The notes below the pieces were generated by a model. The model searched no databases, was not told the origin of the DNA, and worked only from the letters and a program-made list of their open reading frames with translations. From assembly GCA_964467035.1 (NCBI GenBank), contig CAYXNX010000006.1:1-48784 (forward strand): 48,784 nucleotides of DNA. Direction: 5' to 3'. Shown here piece by piece: positions 8,168 through 17,669 of the stretch (positions are counted from its first letter, which is position 1; each line of letters opens with the position of its first letter). Source of the DNA: Candidatus Woesearchaeota archaeon. Lineage in GTDB: Archaea; Nanobdellota; Nanobdellia; Pacearchaeales; GW2011-AR1. A program made the translations under genes and the position numbers.

Positions 8168-9040
8168 CTAAACCTTATCATAACCCCATTCTTTAACAAT
8201 ATTCCTATTTTTGTCTAGGAACCCTTCTTTATGTAGCAATTTATCAACTTTTTCAACTTCTGGTTTTAATTTTTTAGAAAGTTGGTTTTTTGTTTTTTCA
8301 GGAATTTGTATTTTTCCTTTTATGTAAACAATTTTTCTATAAAATTCCACTAGGGGTCTTTTTATTGATTTTGGCAGTGGTTTTTTTATCGTTTTTCTGA
8401 TTTTGACAGATGTCTTACTTTTTAATAAAAGCCCCGCTTTTCCAAATCTATTAAATCTTGGGTTTGTTTTTTCTTTCTCTGGTTCAAATTTTTCATCAAC
8501 ACCCAAGAATCTACAGACTTTTTTATATTCCCTAAAATTGTCTTTTTTAAAATCTTCATAAATTATTATATGAATATTTTTCTTTGGAAACTCTTTAAGA
8601 TATCTCCTAATTTGCCCCGAGTAACTAACCATTTCTTGATATTCTGGTTTCCATATATTTTTTTCTATATCTCTGAATTTTTCATTCCCACTTTCTATTT
8701 TTTTCTGATACCATGCCCTCAATAAATCCACAGGTTCTCTTAAGATTACAACTATCTTAACTCCAGGATTAAATTTTTTTATTTCTCTTGGGGCAGTGTT
8801 TGAATAAATATAATTTGGGGTAGATTCTCCTCTAATTTTTTCTCCATCAAATTCCTCAAAATTTTTTAGGTATTCCTTTTCTGATTGTTTCTTTTCAGAA
8901 GACTTTTTGTTAAAATATCTTAGTTCTTTTTCTTTTGACATAAAAATCTCTGGATGTTGTCTTAACATTACATGAAGAGAAGTAGTTCCACACCTAGGAT
9001 GTCCAACAATAAACAGGTTTGGCTTTTTGTTTTGTGCCAT
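8168..9040 (-). CDS. PAPS-dependent sulfotransferase (Sulfotransfer_1/3 type)
   Basis: PNLFIVGHPRCGTTSL (5'-PSB), QHPEI, KELRYF, GESTPNY and LREPVD motifs. Confidence 0.9.
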   Translation of the reverse strand: MAQNKKPNLFIVGHPRCGTTSLHVMLRQHPEIFMSKEKELRYFNKKSSEKKQSEKEYLKNFEEFDGEKIRGESTPNYIYSNTAPREIKKFNPGVKIVVILREPVDLLRAWYQKKIESGNEKFRDIEKNIWKPEYQEMVSYSGQIRRYLKEFPKKNIHIIIYEDFKKDNFREYKKVCRFLGVDEKFEPEKEKTNPRFNRFGKAGLLLKSKTSVKIRKTIKKPLPKSIKRPLVEFYRKIVYIKGKIQIPEKTKNQLSKKLKPEVEKVDKLLHKEGFLDKNRNIVKEWGYDKV

Positions 9041-9120
9041 GTTTGATAAAAGAGATATTGTTTTAAAACTATTTCTGTTGTTTAATTAAACTTTTAAAGC
9101 ATATTCCCCATAGATTATTA

Positions 9121-9704
9121 ATGGAAAAATTGTATAAATTAATAAACAAAATTTTAAGCAGGTTTAATATCGGTTTAGTAAAAAAATTTCCAAGGCATTC
9201 AACAAGAATTGCTAAAAAACTCTTTAAAAACAAACCAATAACTGCTGTTGAGATTGGAACAGATAAGGGAAGTAATGCCAGAAGTATCCTGGAAACACTA
9301 AATATTGGTAGAATTTATTTGATAGATCCTTGGGAAGAACATGGGGAATATCACCGAACACAAGAAGATCTTTCTAATGCAGAAAAGGAGGCAAGAAAGA
9401 GGTTAAACAAATATTCCTCGAAGACAGTTTTTATAAAAAAGTATTCTGATGAAGCAATAAAAAATGTTCCTGATAAAATAGATTTTATATATATTGATGG
9501 AGACCACTCATATAAACAAACAAAAAAAGATATGGAAAATTACTGGCCAAAAATAAGAAAAGGAGGAATTTTTGCAGGACATGATATTACAGGACAACAT
9601 GATAAAGAGAAGGAGGGGTGGCAAGAGCTTTCGTAGAGTTTTGTTCAGAAAATAATTTAAGACCAATAATTACCCGGACCGATTGGATTGTAGTAAAGAA
9701 TTAA
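9121..9704 (+). CDS. Class I SAM methyltransferase (Methyltransf_24-like), frameshift near C-terminus
   Basis: VEIGT, IDPW, DFIYIDGDHSY and GGIFAGHD motifs. The ORF stops at 9636, but the expected tail GVARAFVEFC...DW continues in another frame to TAA 9704. Confidence 0.82.
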
Positions 9705-9724
9705 TTAAATTAGACAAATGAAAA

Positions 9725-11134
9725 ATGCCTAAGGAAAAAACCACAAAAAAATTAGGAAACAAAAAAATCAAAGAATCCAAACCTTCTGATCTGTTACATC
9801 CTTCAAGAATAGATCTTATCCCAAAAATTCTTTATATAAGGAATAAGGAAGAGGGAATAGGAAGTAATTTTCTGAAACAGATGTATACAGAACATATAAA
9901 ATCCTTTAATGATTTTAAAGAAGACAAAAAAACTAGCAAGGAGGACTTTGTCTCTTCGTTCGATAATTTAATAGATTCTGTAAAGAAAAAAGGTTATGAC
10001 AAAAAGAAAGGAATAATCCCTGTAACAAATGAACTTGTAGCAGGGCATGGAGCACATAGGATTGCAACTTCTTTCTATTTTAATAAAAAAGTGCCTTTAG
10101 AATTTGTTAATTCTGATGAACAAATAAAATATAATTACTCTTTTTTTAGAAAAAGAGGTCTTTCAGAAAAATTCTTGGAAGAAATGGCTTTAAGATATTC
10201 TAAAATTAAGGGGAAGAATTTGTATTTTTGTATTTTTTGGGGGACTTCTGTGAATAAAATAAATTCTAACAAAATAGAGAAATATCTCCAGAAGAGAAAT
10301 ATAGTTCCTGTTTTTGATAAACAAGCTAAATTAACTGAAACAGGGAAAAAGAATACAATTATTGCGTGTTACGAGGGAGAAAATTGGCTTGGAGAACGTA
10401 AAAAAGGATATCCTGGAGCTATGAAAAAGGTAGGAAACTGTTTTAGAGGAGATAACCGGGTTAGAGTATATTTGTTAGAATCAAAAGATATAGAAGAAGT
10501 AAGAAATTTAAAAGAAGAAATCCGAGATGACTTGGGGCTTGACAAACATGCTCTCCACATATCAGATACTCCAGAAGAAACAGAAAGACTTTGTGAATTA
10601 TTTTTTAACAATAACTCCTTATTCCTATTGAACAACTCAAGAAAAGCGTTTTTAATTGATATTCCTTTAGAAGACAGACTAAGAAATATCGAAGATATCG
10701 CCATAACTTCAAGTTTTGTATTGAATCTTTATGGGATAAGGGAGGCAAGAGATGTTGATTATATTAGTGAAAAAGGTAGATCGATTAGTGGGCTAAATTC
10801 GCACAATAAATTATTCAATAAACAAGAAATCAAAGACTTGGTTTATGATCCTGAAAATTATTTTATATTTAAAGGAATAAAGTTTTTAACACTTGAGAAA
10901 GTTTTAGAATTTAAACAAAAAAGAGGAGAGCCAAAGGATGCAAGAGATGTGAAATTAATAAAGAAATTTTTAGATAAAAGCAAAGGGTTTGATATTGAAA
11001 AACAAGTATTAAAATTGAAATTTAAAATAACCTCTTTACTTATAAAGTTGCTTAAAATGACTCCACAGGGTTTAAGAGATCGTTTTAAAAGAAACGAAAA
11101 ACTAAAAAAAATTGTGAGAAGGGCTTTAAACTAA
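9725..11134 (+). CDS. Multi-domain hypothetical protein (ParB/Srx-like, NDK-like and nucleotidyltransferase-like motifs)
   Basis: 469-aa ORF with HGAHRIA, LHISDTPEE and YGIREARDVDY...KDARD motifs; domain calls are by eye only. Confidence 0.5.
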   Translation: MPKEKTTKKLGNKKIKESKPSDLLHPSRIDLIPKILYIRNKEEGIGSNFLKQMYTEHIKSFNDFKEDKKTSKEDFVSSFDNLIDSVKKKGYDKKKGIIPVTNELVAGHGAHRIATSFYFNKKVPLEFVNSDEQIKYNYSFFRKRGLSEKFLEEMALRYSKIKGKNLYFCIFWGTSVNKINSNKIEKYLQKRNIVPVFDKQAKLTETGKKNTIIACYEGENWLGERKKGYPGAMKKVGNCFRGDNRVRVYLLESKDIEEVRNLKEEIRDDLGLDKHALHISDTPEETERLCELFFNNNSLFLLNNSRKAFLIDIPLEDRLRNIEDIAITSSFVLNLYGIREARDVDYISEKGRSISGLNSHNKLFNKQEIKDLVYDPENYFIFKGIKFLTLEKVLEFKQKRGEPKDARDVKLIKKFLDKSKGFDIEKQVLKLKFKITSLLIKLLKMTPQGLRDRFKRNEKLKKIVRRALN

Positions 11135-11135
11135 A

Positions 11136-12035
11136 ATGAAAAAAGAAAATAACCCGACAGCCCCAGTATTATTTATTGTTTTTAATAGACTAGACACAAC
11201 AAAACAAGTCTTTGAAGAAATAAGGAAAGCAAAACCAAAACAATTATTTATTGCAGCAGATGGCCCGAGAAATAAAGAAGAAAAGAAAAAAACAGATGCA
11301 GTTAGGAAATATATTTCAGATAATATTGACTGGAAATGCAAAGTTGAGAAGATATTTAGAGAAAAGAATGTAGGATGTGATAAAAATAGTTTAGATGCTT
11401 TAGATTATTTTTTTAAAAATGTAGAATATGGTATTTTTTTAGAAGATGATGTTCTCCCTTCACAAGATTTTTTCAGATTTCATTCAGAGTTATTAGAAAA
11501 ATATAAGAACAATGATAGGATTAAGGCAATATTAGGAGTTAACTTTTTAGGAGAATATAATACGAAGTATAATTATATATTCTCAAGAATCTCTTTTTCT
11601 TCATGGGGATTTTCTACCTGGGGCAAAAAGTGGAGAATAGAAAGGAAGAGGATTAAGAATGCAATAGACAAGGGAAAAAGGGTTTCCCCTTATTTTATCC
11701 ATAATATAATATTAAAAAAGAAAGTTAAAGATGTCCTAGAAAAAGGATTTGAAGGATATGATTATCTTTTTGCAGCAAATAACTACCTGGATAATAGTTT
11801 GACAGTTGTCCCAAAAAAGAATCTTGCAAAAAGTATTGGTTTCACTGAAGATTCATCTCATAAAATAAGTAAGACGGATAGAAAATTCTTGGAAGTAGAA
11901 AGAATGAAAATGGATTTTCCATTAAAACACTCTACTAATATAAAACCAAATAAAAAATTTGATAGAAGGATTGTTTTTTGGAGCATGAAGAAGATTTTAG
12001 AAAAAAAATTAAAAAATTTTCTCAAGATAAAATGA
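11136..12035 (+). CDS. GT-A fold glycosyltransferase (nucleotide-diphospho-sugar transferase)
   Basis: PVLFIVFNR, FIAADGPR, IFLEDD and WGFSTW motifs. Confidence 0.85.
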   Translation: MKKENNPTAPVLFIVFNRLDTTKQVFEEIRKAKPKQLFIAADGPRNKEEKKKTDAVRKYISDNIDWKCKVEKIFREKNVGCDKNSLDALDYFFKNVEYGIFLEDDVLPSQDFFRFHSELLEKYKNNDRIKAILGVNFLGEYNTKYNYIFSRISFSSWGFSTWGKKWRIERKRIKNAIDKGKRVSPYFIHNIILKKKVKDVLEKGFEGYDYLFAANNYLDNSLTVVPKKNLAKSIGFTEDSSHKISKTDRKFLEVERMKMDFPLKHSTNIKPNKKFDRRIVFWSMKKILEKKLKNFLKIK

Positions 12036-12124
12036 AAATACTTGATCTTGGATGTGGGAAGGGAGAAAATTGTTTTTATCTTTCTAAAAAATATCCTATT
12101 TTCCAATTACTTTTAATTTTTTAA
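12032..12124 (+). pseudogene. Truncated class I methyltransferase (motif I only)
   Basis: MKILDLGCGKGENCFYLSKKYP then stop after 30 codons; ATG overlaps the upstream stop. Confidence 0.7.
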
Positions 12125-12162
12125 TAATAATCTTTAAAAACAACAAAACCCCCATTTATTTG

Positions 12163-12690
12163 ATGAAACTTCATTTGGGTTGCGGAAATGATAAGTCTGA
12201 AGGATATATCAATTGTGATATTTCTAAAGAAGTAAATCCTGATAAAATTGTTGATTTAGAAAAAACACCTCTTCCTTTTAAGGATAGTTCTGTAGAAGAA
12301 ATTATTTTAAATCATGTTTTAGAACATATTAATGATTTTATCCCCCTTGTTCATGATTTACATAGAATTTGTAAAAAGGATGCAAAAATCAGAATTAAAG
12401 TTCCTTTTTATTTGGCATACAGGCAATTTGGAGATCCTACCCATGTTAGATTTTTTAATCCTTTCACTTTTGATTATTTTGGAATAAAAAAAGGATATTC
12501 TCATGAAACCAATACAAATAAACAGATGTTTGATGTAAAAGCGCATTTAAATTATGGAGTCGGTAAAATTCGTTATCTCAATTTTATATTTAATCCTATA
12601 ATTAATGTAAGCCATAAATTTTATTGTCAATTCTTAGCAACAATCATCCCTGCTTCAGAAATTCATTTCGAATTAAGAGTAATAAAATGA
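12163..12690 (+). CDS. Class I SAM methyltransferase (Methyltransf_11-like)
   Basis: KLHLGCG, LPFKDSSV, HVLEH and DPTHVRFF motifs. Confidence 0.88.
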   Translation: MKLHLGCGNDKSEGYINCDISKEVNPDKIVDLEKTPLPFKDSSVEEIILNHVLEHINDFIPLVHDLHRICKKDAKIRIKVPFYLAYRQFGDPTHVRFFNPFTFDYFGIKKGYSHETNTNKQMFDVKAHLNYGVGKIRYLNFIFNPIINVSHKFYCQFLATIIPASEIHFELRVIK

Positions 12691-14120
12691 GTAAAAATAT
12701 AGTCTTTTTTGATTTGGATTATACTTTCGTAAATACAAATACCACTATAGGATTTATAAAATACTGCTTAAAAAATAAAAAAAGAGAGTATTTTTTTAGA
12801 TTCTTGTTGATGAATATATTGTTTTTAATCTCTCCATTGATATCTCCTTTTAAAAAGATAGGGGCAAAAGATCTTTTGTTTTTACTAAGAGGGATGAAAA
12901 AAGAAGAGCTATATTTATTTGGAAAAGAATATGCAAAAGAAATTTTTAATAACAACCTAAACAAAAAAGTTTATTCTATTTTGGAAGAACATAAAATAAA
13001 AGGGAAAAAATTAATTTTAATTACTTCTACTATTGAAGAAGTAGCACAAAATTTTTCAGAATTAATGGGGTTTGATGATTATTTTTCTTCAAAATTGAAT
13101 TATAAGGATAATCTTTTTAATGGAAAACTTAGAGAGAATATTGAAGGAAAAAAGGATCTTATAATAAAACAAATTAAAAATAAATATCCTGATTCTTCAA
13201 TAGTCTTTTATACAGATAATTCTGAAGACCTTTCTTCAAAAAAATATGTGAATGAATTTATTGGTGTGGCAAATAATTCAAACCAAGTTTCTTTTTGGAG
13301 AGACAAAAAAATAAAATATATAGATTTAAGCTCAAAAAAAATAGATAAAAAGACTCTTTTTATTCCCGGATTTTATTATTTTAAATATAGAATAACCTTA
13401 AAACAATTTGTACTTTACCATTTTTTATTTTTTTTGATAATTTTATTTACTATTGGAAAGAATCTTCCTTTTTCATTCATTTCAATAGCACTTGCATGGA
13501 TTGCATATATCTCTTTGTATGAAATAGGTTATTTTATGAATGATCTATACTCGACCAGATTAGAAAAAAACCCCACCTTTAGGATAAAAACTCCTTCTAA
13601 AAAAGAAAAACTTTTCTTTATTTTTTTTCATTTTTTCTTTTTCATAATAATCTCGTTATCTCTCTTGTTCTTTCTTAGAGGATTGATTCAATTAAATATT
13701 TTCATATTTTTAGTTTTGTCTCTTTTTATTTTATTAGTATTCATTCTCCATAATATTGTAAATCCAAAAAAAAGACTTTTTACATACTTTTTTCTAAAAA
13801 TCTCTCATATTATAATCCCTTTTTCAATAATTATTAATATTGATTTTCTTATATTTTTATTTGTTTCTTTAATAATATTTTATCTTCCCAAATATCTTCT
13901 TGAATATTTTTTAAGACACAATTATGGGAAAAAAATAAGCCTAAATCCTAGAAAAAAAATATTTTTTGTTCAATTAATTTTTATTTTTATAATTATCTCA
14001 GTCTTTATTAGTTATGGATTTTGTAATTTTATTCTTCTCTCAGGATCATATTATTTGTTATTGGAGATTTTAAATATCTTCTTTAACTCTAGACAAAACA
14101 ATCCCCCTAAACCTCTCTAA
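12687..14120 (+). CDS. HAD-IB phosphatase fused to a polytopic membrane (UbiA-like) domain
   Basis: FFDLDYT, LITST and FYTDNSEDL HAD motifs; C-terminal multi-TM domain with YEIGYFMND; start ATG 12687 overlaps the upstream stop. Confidence 0.7.
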   Translation: MSKNIVFFDLDYTFVNTNTTIGFIKYCLKNKKREYFFRFLLMNILFLISPLISPFKKIGAKDLLFLLRGMKKEELYLFGKEYAKEIFNNNLNKKVYSILEEHKIKGKKLILITSTIEEVAQNFSELMGFDDYFSSKLNYKDNLFNGKLRENIEGKKDLIIKQIKNKYPDSSIVFYTDNSEDLSSKKYVNEFIGVANNSNQVSFWRDKKIKYIDLSSKKIDKKTLFIPGFYYFKYRITLKQFVLYHFLFFLIILFTIGKNLPFSFISIALAWIAYISLYEIGYFMNDLYSTRLEKNPTFRIKTPSKKEKLFFIFFHFFFFIIISLSLLFFLRGLIQLNIFIFLVLSLFILLVFILHNIVNPKKRLFTYFFLKISHIIIPFSIIINIDFLIFLFVSLIIFYLPKYLLEYFLRHNYGKKISLNPRKKIFFVQLIFIFIIISVFISYGFCNFILLSGSYYLLLEILNIFFNSRQNNPPKPL

Positions 14121-14127
14121 ACCCTTC

Positions 14128-15276
14128 TCAAGTCCTCTTGAGTATTTTATTGAATTCTTTTCCATATTTATTTAATTCAAATTCCTTTAGGAATCTTTGT
14201 CTTCCTTGTTTTTCCATGTTTATTCTTTGTTTTGGATTGTTATAAAGTTTTTCTATGTATTTTGCAATTTCTTCAGGGGTGTTTTTCTCTAATATGTATC
14301 CTGTTTTATTATGCTTAATTATATTTGGAATAGCTGCAATTCCATTAGCAATCACAGGAAGCCCCAACATCATTCCTTCAACTATAACTCTTCCAAATGT
14401 TTCTAATTTATATTCTGTCGGAAAAACCAGAACATCTGAATTTTCTAGAATTTTATTTTTCTCTTTTCCTGTTTTCTTCCCCAAATAATTTACTTTATCT
14501 TGCAAGTTATTGTCTTTCACAAAATTTTGAAACTTGTTTTTTTCTTTTTCTCCAGAGAAAGAACCAACAAAATTACATTTGAAATCAATATTTTTTTCTT
14601 TTAAAATCTTGCATGCTTCAAGAAGTTTAAACCACCCTTTTGTTTCATCCATATTGGAAAGGAAGAGAATGTTTAATTCAGAATCTTTTTTCTTTTCTCT
14701 TTGTTTAATTATTTTATTAAATTCTTTTTCTGTTATCTCATTTTTTATTGCATTTGGAAGAATAAATATATCTTTTTCCCCTATCCAAGGAGAAACATCC
14801 TTGATTAATTGTTCTCCTAAAACAATTGTTTTTTCTCCTGAAAACATTTTCCTATATAAAATATTATTAAAAAGATTCTTTATTGTTCTGCTTCTTATAT
14901 GAAATAGGATTTTTCCATTACCAAGATGTTTTTTAATTTCTCGGATAAAATAAAAATCTCTAATTAACCCTAAACCAGATGTAGCAGGAACAAAATAAAT
15001 TAAATCAGGTTTGAAAGTTTTGAGTTTTTCTTTAATTTGTTTTTTAACTTTTGAAATACCTTTAATTTTATTTGTATTTATTTTTCCCACATCTGACATT
15101 TCTTTCGAATAATTTAGTTTTATATTTTCAACCTGGAAATCTTTTGAATTTTTTAAAATATTTAAACACATTTCAGAAGACATTGCACTTCCATAATAAG
15201 GTGGAGGCAAAGGACTTAGAAATAAAACTTTCTTTTTTCTTTCTTGTGTTTTATTTTTATGAGTTTGTTCATCCAT
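14128..15276 (-). CDS. Glycosyltransferase family 4
   Basis: PLPPPYYG, FLSNM..KG and VFPT...ETFGRVIVEGM motifs. Confidence 0.92.
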   Translation of the reverse strand: MDEQTHKNKTQERKKKVLFLSPLPPPYYGSAMSSEMCLNILKNSKDFQVENIKLNYSKEMSDVGKINTNKIKGISKVKKQIKEKLKTFKPDLIYFVPATSGLGLIRDFYFIREIKKHLGNGKILFHIRSRTIKNLFNNILYRKMFSGEKTIVLGEQLIKDVSPWIGEKDIFILPNAIKNEITEKEFNKIIKQREKKKDSELNILFLSNMDETKGWFKLLEACKILKEKNIDFKCNFVGSFSGEKEKNKFQNFVKDNNLQDKVNYLGKKTGKEKNKILENSDVLVFPTEYKLETFGRVIVEGMMLGLPVIANGIAAIPNIIKHNKTGYILEKNTPEEIAKYIEKLYNNPKQRINMEKQGRQRFLKEFELNKYGKEFNKILKRT

Positions 15277-15288
15277 TTTATTTTTATC

Positions 15289-16218
15289 CTACCAATAACA
15301 CCCCCCTTCAATTTTGTCATAGTTTTGCATAAAATCTTCTTTTAATGGTTTTATCCAATATTCATTCATTGGAATTTTGCCTTCCCATCTCTTTCCTCTT
15401 ATTCCAAATAATAATTGCAACCCTCCCCCCAAATGAAGAGCCTGTTTTCCTTTTGATTTTACATATGCTGCCAAAGGCATACCATAAGCTCCACAACCAA
15501 TCAATGCAATATCAAAGTCTTTTTTATCTATCTGTTTTTTCATATAATCAAGAGCTTCAAACCAATCTTTAAACCTATTATCTTTATTATTTGCTAGTGT
15601 TTGAATAGCTTTAACTACTTCTAACTTTTCCAGTTTAGGCAATATCCCTAATTCTTCTCTTTTTTCCATTTGTTTCTCAATTGTTTTCTTGAATGGATGA
15701 ACAACTAAAACTTTCTTACCTTCAAGCGATTTTATCCATTCATGGTTATACCTTCCTGCAGATGAAATTGGAACAAGGTGTTTTATGTTTGGAAGCTTTT
15801 TCAGCAATCTTATTTTTTTGAAAAAATGTTTTTTATAATTCCATATTGCAAGAAAATCTACTTCTCTTGCAGCATCCATATAAACTTTTCTGAACTTTTC
15901 TAACAAAGAAGAATCTTTTGGAAAAAATCCTGAATAAAAACATAACAAATCAAACTGGCCCTCTTGAGTTAAATTCCTGAATTCAGTACTTCCAAATCTA
16001 GCCAACATAAAAGGCTCTTTTAATTTTATTTTTTCAGAAATTTGTTTTTCAGATTCTTCTTTTTCTAATAATTTAACTCTTTTCTCTCCATTAAAAAAAC
16101 CTATTTTTTTAGTATATAATTCTTTTAGTTTATACATTCCAATAGTTTTTCCATAAATACTTTTCAACTTATTATAAAGTTCTGGTTTTTCTCTTAAGTA
16201 TTTTAATATTGGATTCAT
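15289..16218 (-). CDS. GT-D-fold-like putative glycosyltransferase
   Basis: LARFGSTE, KKVLVVHPF, DFDIALIGCGAYG and HLGG motifs. Confidence 0.6.
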   Translation of the reverse strand: MNPILKYLREKPELYNKLKSIYGKTIGMYKLKELYTKKIGFFNGEKRVKLLEKEESEKQISEKIKLKEPFMLARFGSTEFRNLTQEGQFDLLCFYSGFFPKDSSLLEKFRKVYMDAAREVDFLAIWNYKKHFFKKIRLLKKLPNIKHLVPISSAGRYNHEWIKSLEGKKVLVVHPFKKTIEKQMEKREELGILPKLEKLEVVKAIQTLANNKDNRFKDWFEALDYMKKQIDKKDFDIALIGCGAYGMPLAAYVKSKGKQALHLGGGLQLLFGIRGKRWEGKIPMNEYWIKPLKEDFMQNYDKIEGGCYW

Positions 16219-16319
16219 TTTGCATCTAATTCTTTACTATAACCAAACAACTCAAAATCTTTTTTATACTTTTCCTGAACTAATCTTTTAGTTTCTTCAT
16301 TATAATAATCCTTGTAATC
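16169..16319. repeat. 151-bp direct repeat copy 1
   Basis: Identical to 17519-17669; contains a sulfotransferase 3' end and the GT-D-like gene 5' end. Confidence 0.92.
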
Positions 16320-16385
16320 TCTTTTCCCCCTTTTACATGTTTAATCTTATCACTTTACTTTCTTCAAAAAACCCAAAGTCCCTCT

Positions 16386-16540
16386 TTATATTTATTTAAT
16401 CCAAATTCCCTTAGGAATCTTGTCTTTCTTGCTTTCTAATGTCTATTTTTTATTTTGGGTTGTTACAAAGTTTTTCAATATATTTTACAATTTCTTCAAG
16501 TGTATTTTTCAATGACATAATCTGTTTAGTGTGTTTAATC
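16386..16540 (-). pseudogene. Degenerate copy of a GT4 3' end
   Basis: Aligns by eye with about 14163-14320, with many substitutions and indels. Confidence 0.7.
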
Positions 16541-16575
16541 TTTTAAACTTTAATATTTTTAAAACTTCTAATAGT

Positions 16576-17451
16576 TTATCTCAGAGAATTTTTTACTTTT
16601 CTTATTTTCTTAAAGAGTTCTTTTCCACCAATTGATTTTAATGGAACATAGAAAAGGTTTTTCAAGTAATACCGCTTCATAGCATCTATTTTATTTATCT
16701 TTTTAAAGAGAGATGGATAATTTCTTTGCACAAGATTAACCAAGCTTTCATCGTCATGACCATAATTATCATCCGCAGATTTTTTTATTTGAGATTTATA
16801 TTGTGGAATAAATTTTAGCCACCTTTTCTTGTGTGCAAAAAGAAAACCGGTGTTTACATTTTGTTTTTTTCCATATAATCGGATATTTCCATCATAATGA
16901 TAAATCCATTTGTCTGAGAATTTGATTTTAGCAAAGTCCCATTTTTTTCTTTTATTGTTAAATCTTGAAACAGATGCATCTACCCAAGCGAAAAATTCAG
17001 AATTAAAAGGGTTTTTGTCTATTATTTCTTCCACTAGATAGATTTTGCTCGTCCAAACAGTGAATGTTTTTTTAAAAACATCTTCTCCAGACTTCTTATA
17101 ATCTCTAAAATACTTTAAATATCCTTTCTCAGGAGCTAATCTTTTTTCATTAAGTTTCTTTAGATACTCTACATTAGAATTCTTACAGGATTCTAGGTAA
17201 TCTTTGGATATTTTATGGGTGGGGAGTTCTTCTATTTTTCTTTTTACGGCTTTAAAATTATTTGTTTTTAAATGTTTCTTAAAAAAATCTAATATTTTCT
17301 CATCATCATAAAAAAGAACAACCTTTTTGTCTTTAAGCAAATCAAGAGTTCCTGGAATAGACTTAAGATAATGTTCTATGTCTCGTTTTGTGTTGCCTTT
17401 AATATGCCAAAATCCAGTAATATATGTGGTGTCATCTTTATTTGATATCAT
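16576..17451 (-). CDS. HtrL/YibB (WlaTC)-like putative glycosyltransferase
   Basis: TYITGFWHI, VWTSKI, NPFNSEFFAWVDA and HDDE motifs. Confidence 0.68.
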   Translation of the reverse strand: MISNKDDTTYITGFWHIKGNTKRDIEHYLKSIPGTLDLLKDKKVVLFYDDEKILDFFKKHLKTNNFKAVKRKIEELPTHKISKDYLESCKNSNVEYLKKLNEKRLAPEKGYLKYFRDYKKSGEDVFKKTFTVWTSKIYLVEEIIDKNPFNSEFFAWVDASVSRFNNKRKKWDFAKIKFSDKWIYHYDGNIRLYGKKQNVNTGFLFAHKKRWLKFIPQYKSQIKKSADDNYGHDDESLVNLVQRNYPSLFKKINKIDAMKRYYLKNLFYVPLKSIGGKELFKKIRKVKNSLR

Positions 17452-17518
17452 CTTTCCAGTTTTATTTTTTTAATCCACAATATTTTAAAAACCTTTGTCT
17501 TTTTATAATCCTTTTAAT

Positions 17519-17669
17519 TTATTATAAAGTTCTGGTTTTTCTCTTAAGTATTTTAATATTGGATTCATTTTGCATCTAATTCTTTACTATAACCAAACAA
17601 CTCAAAATCTTTTTTATACTTTTCCTGAACTAATCTTTTAGTTTCTTCATTATAATAATCCTTGTAATC
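17519..17669. repeat. 151-bp direct repeat copy 2
   Basis: Identical to 16169-16319 (offset 1350). Confidence 0.92.
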
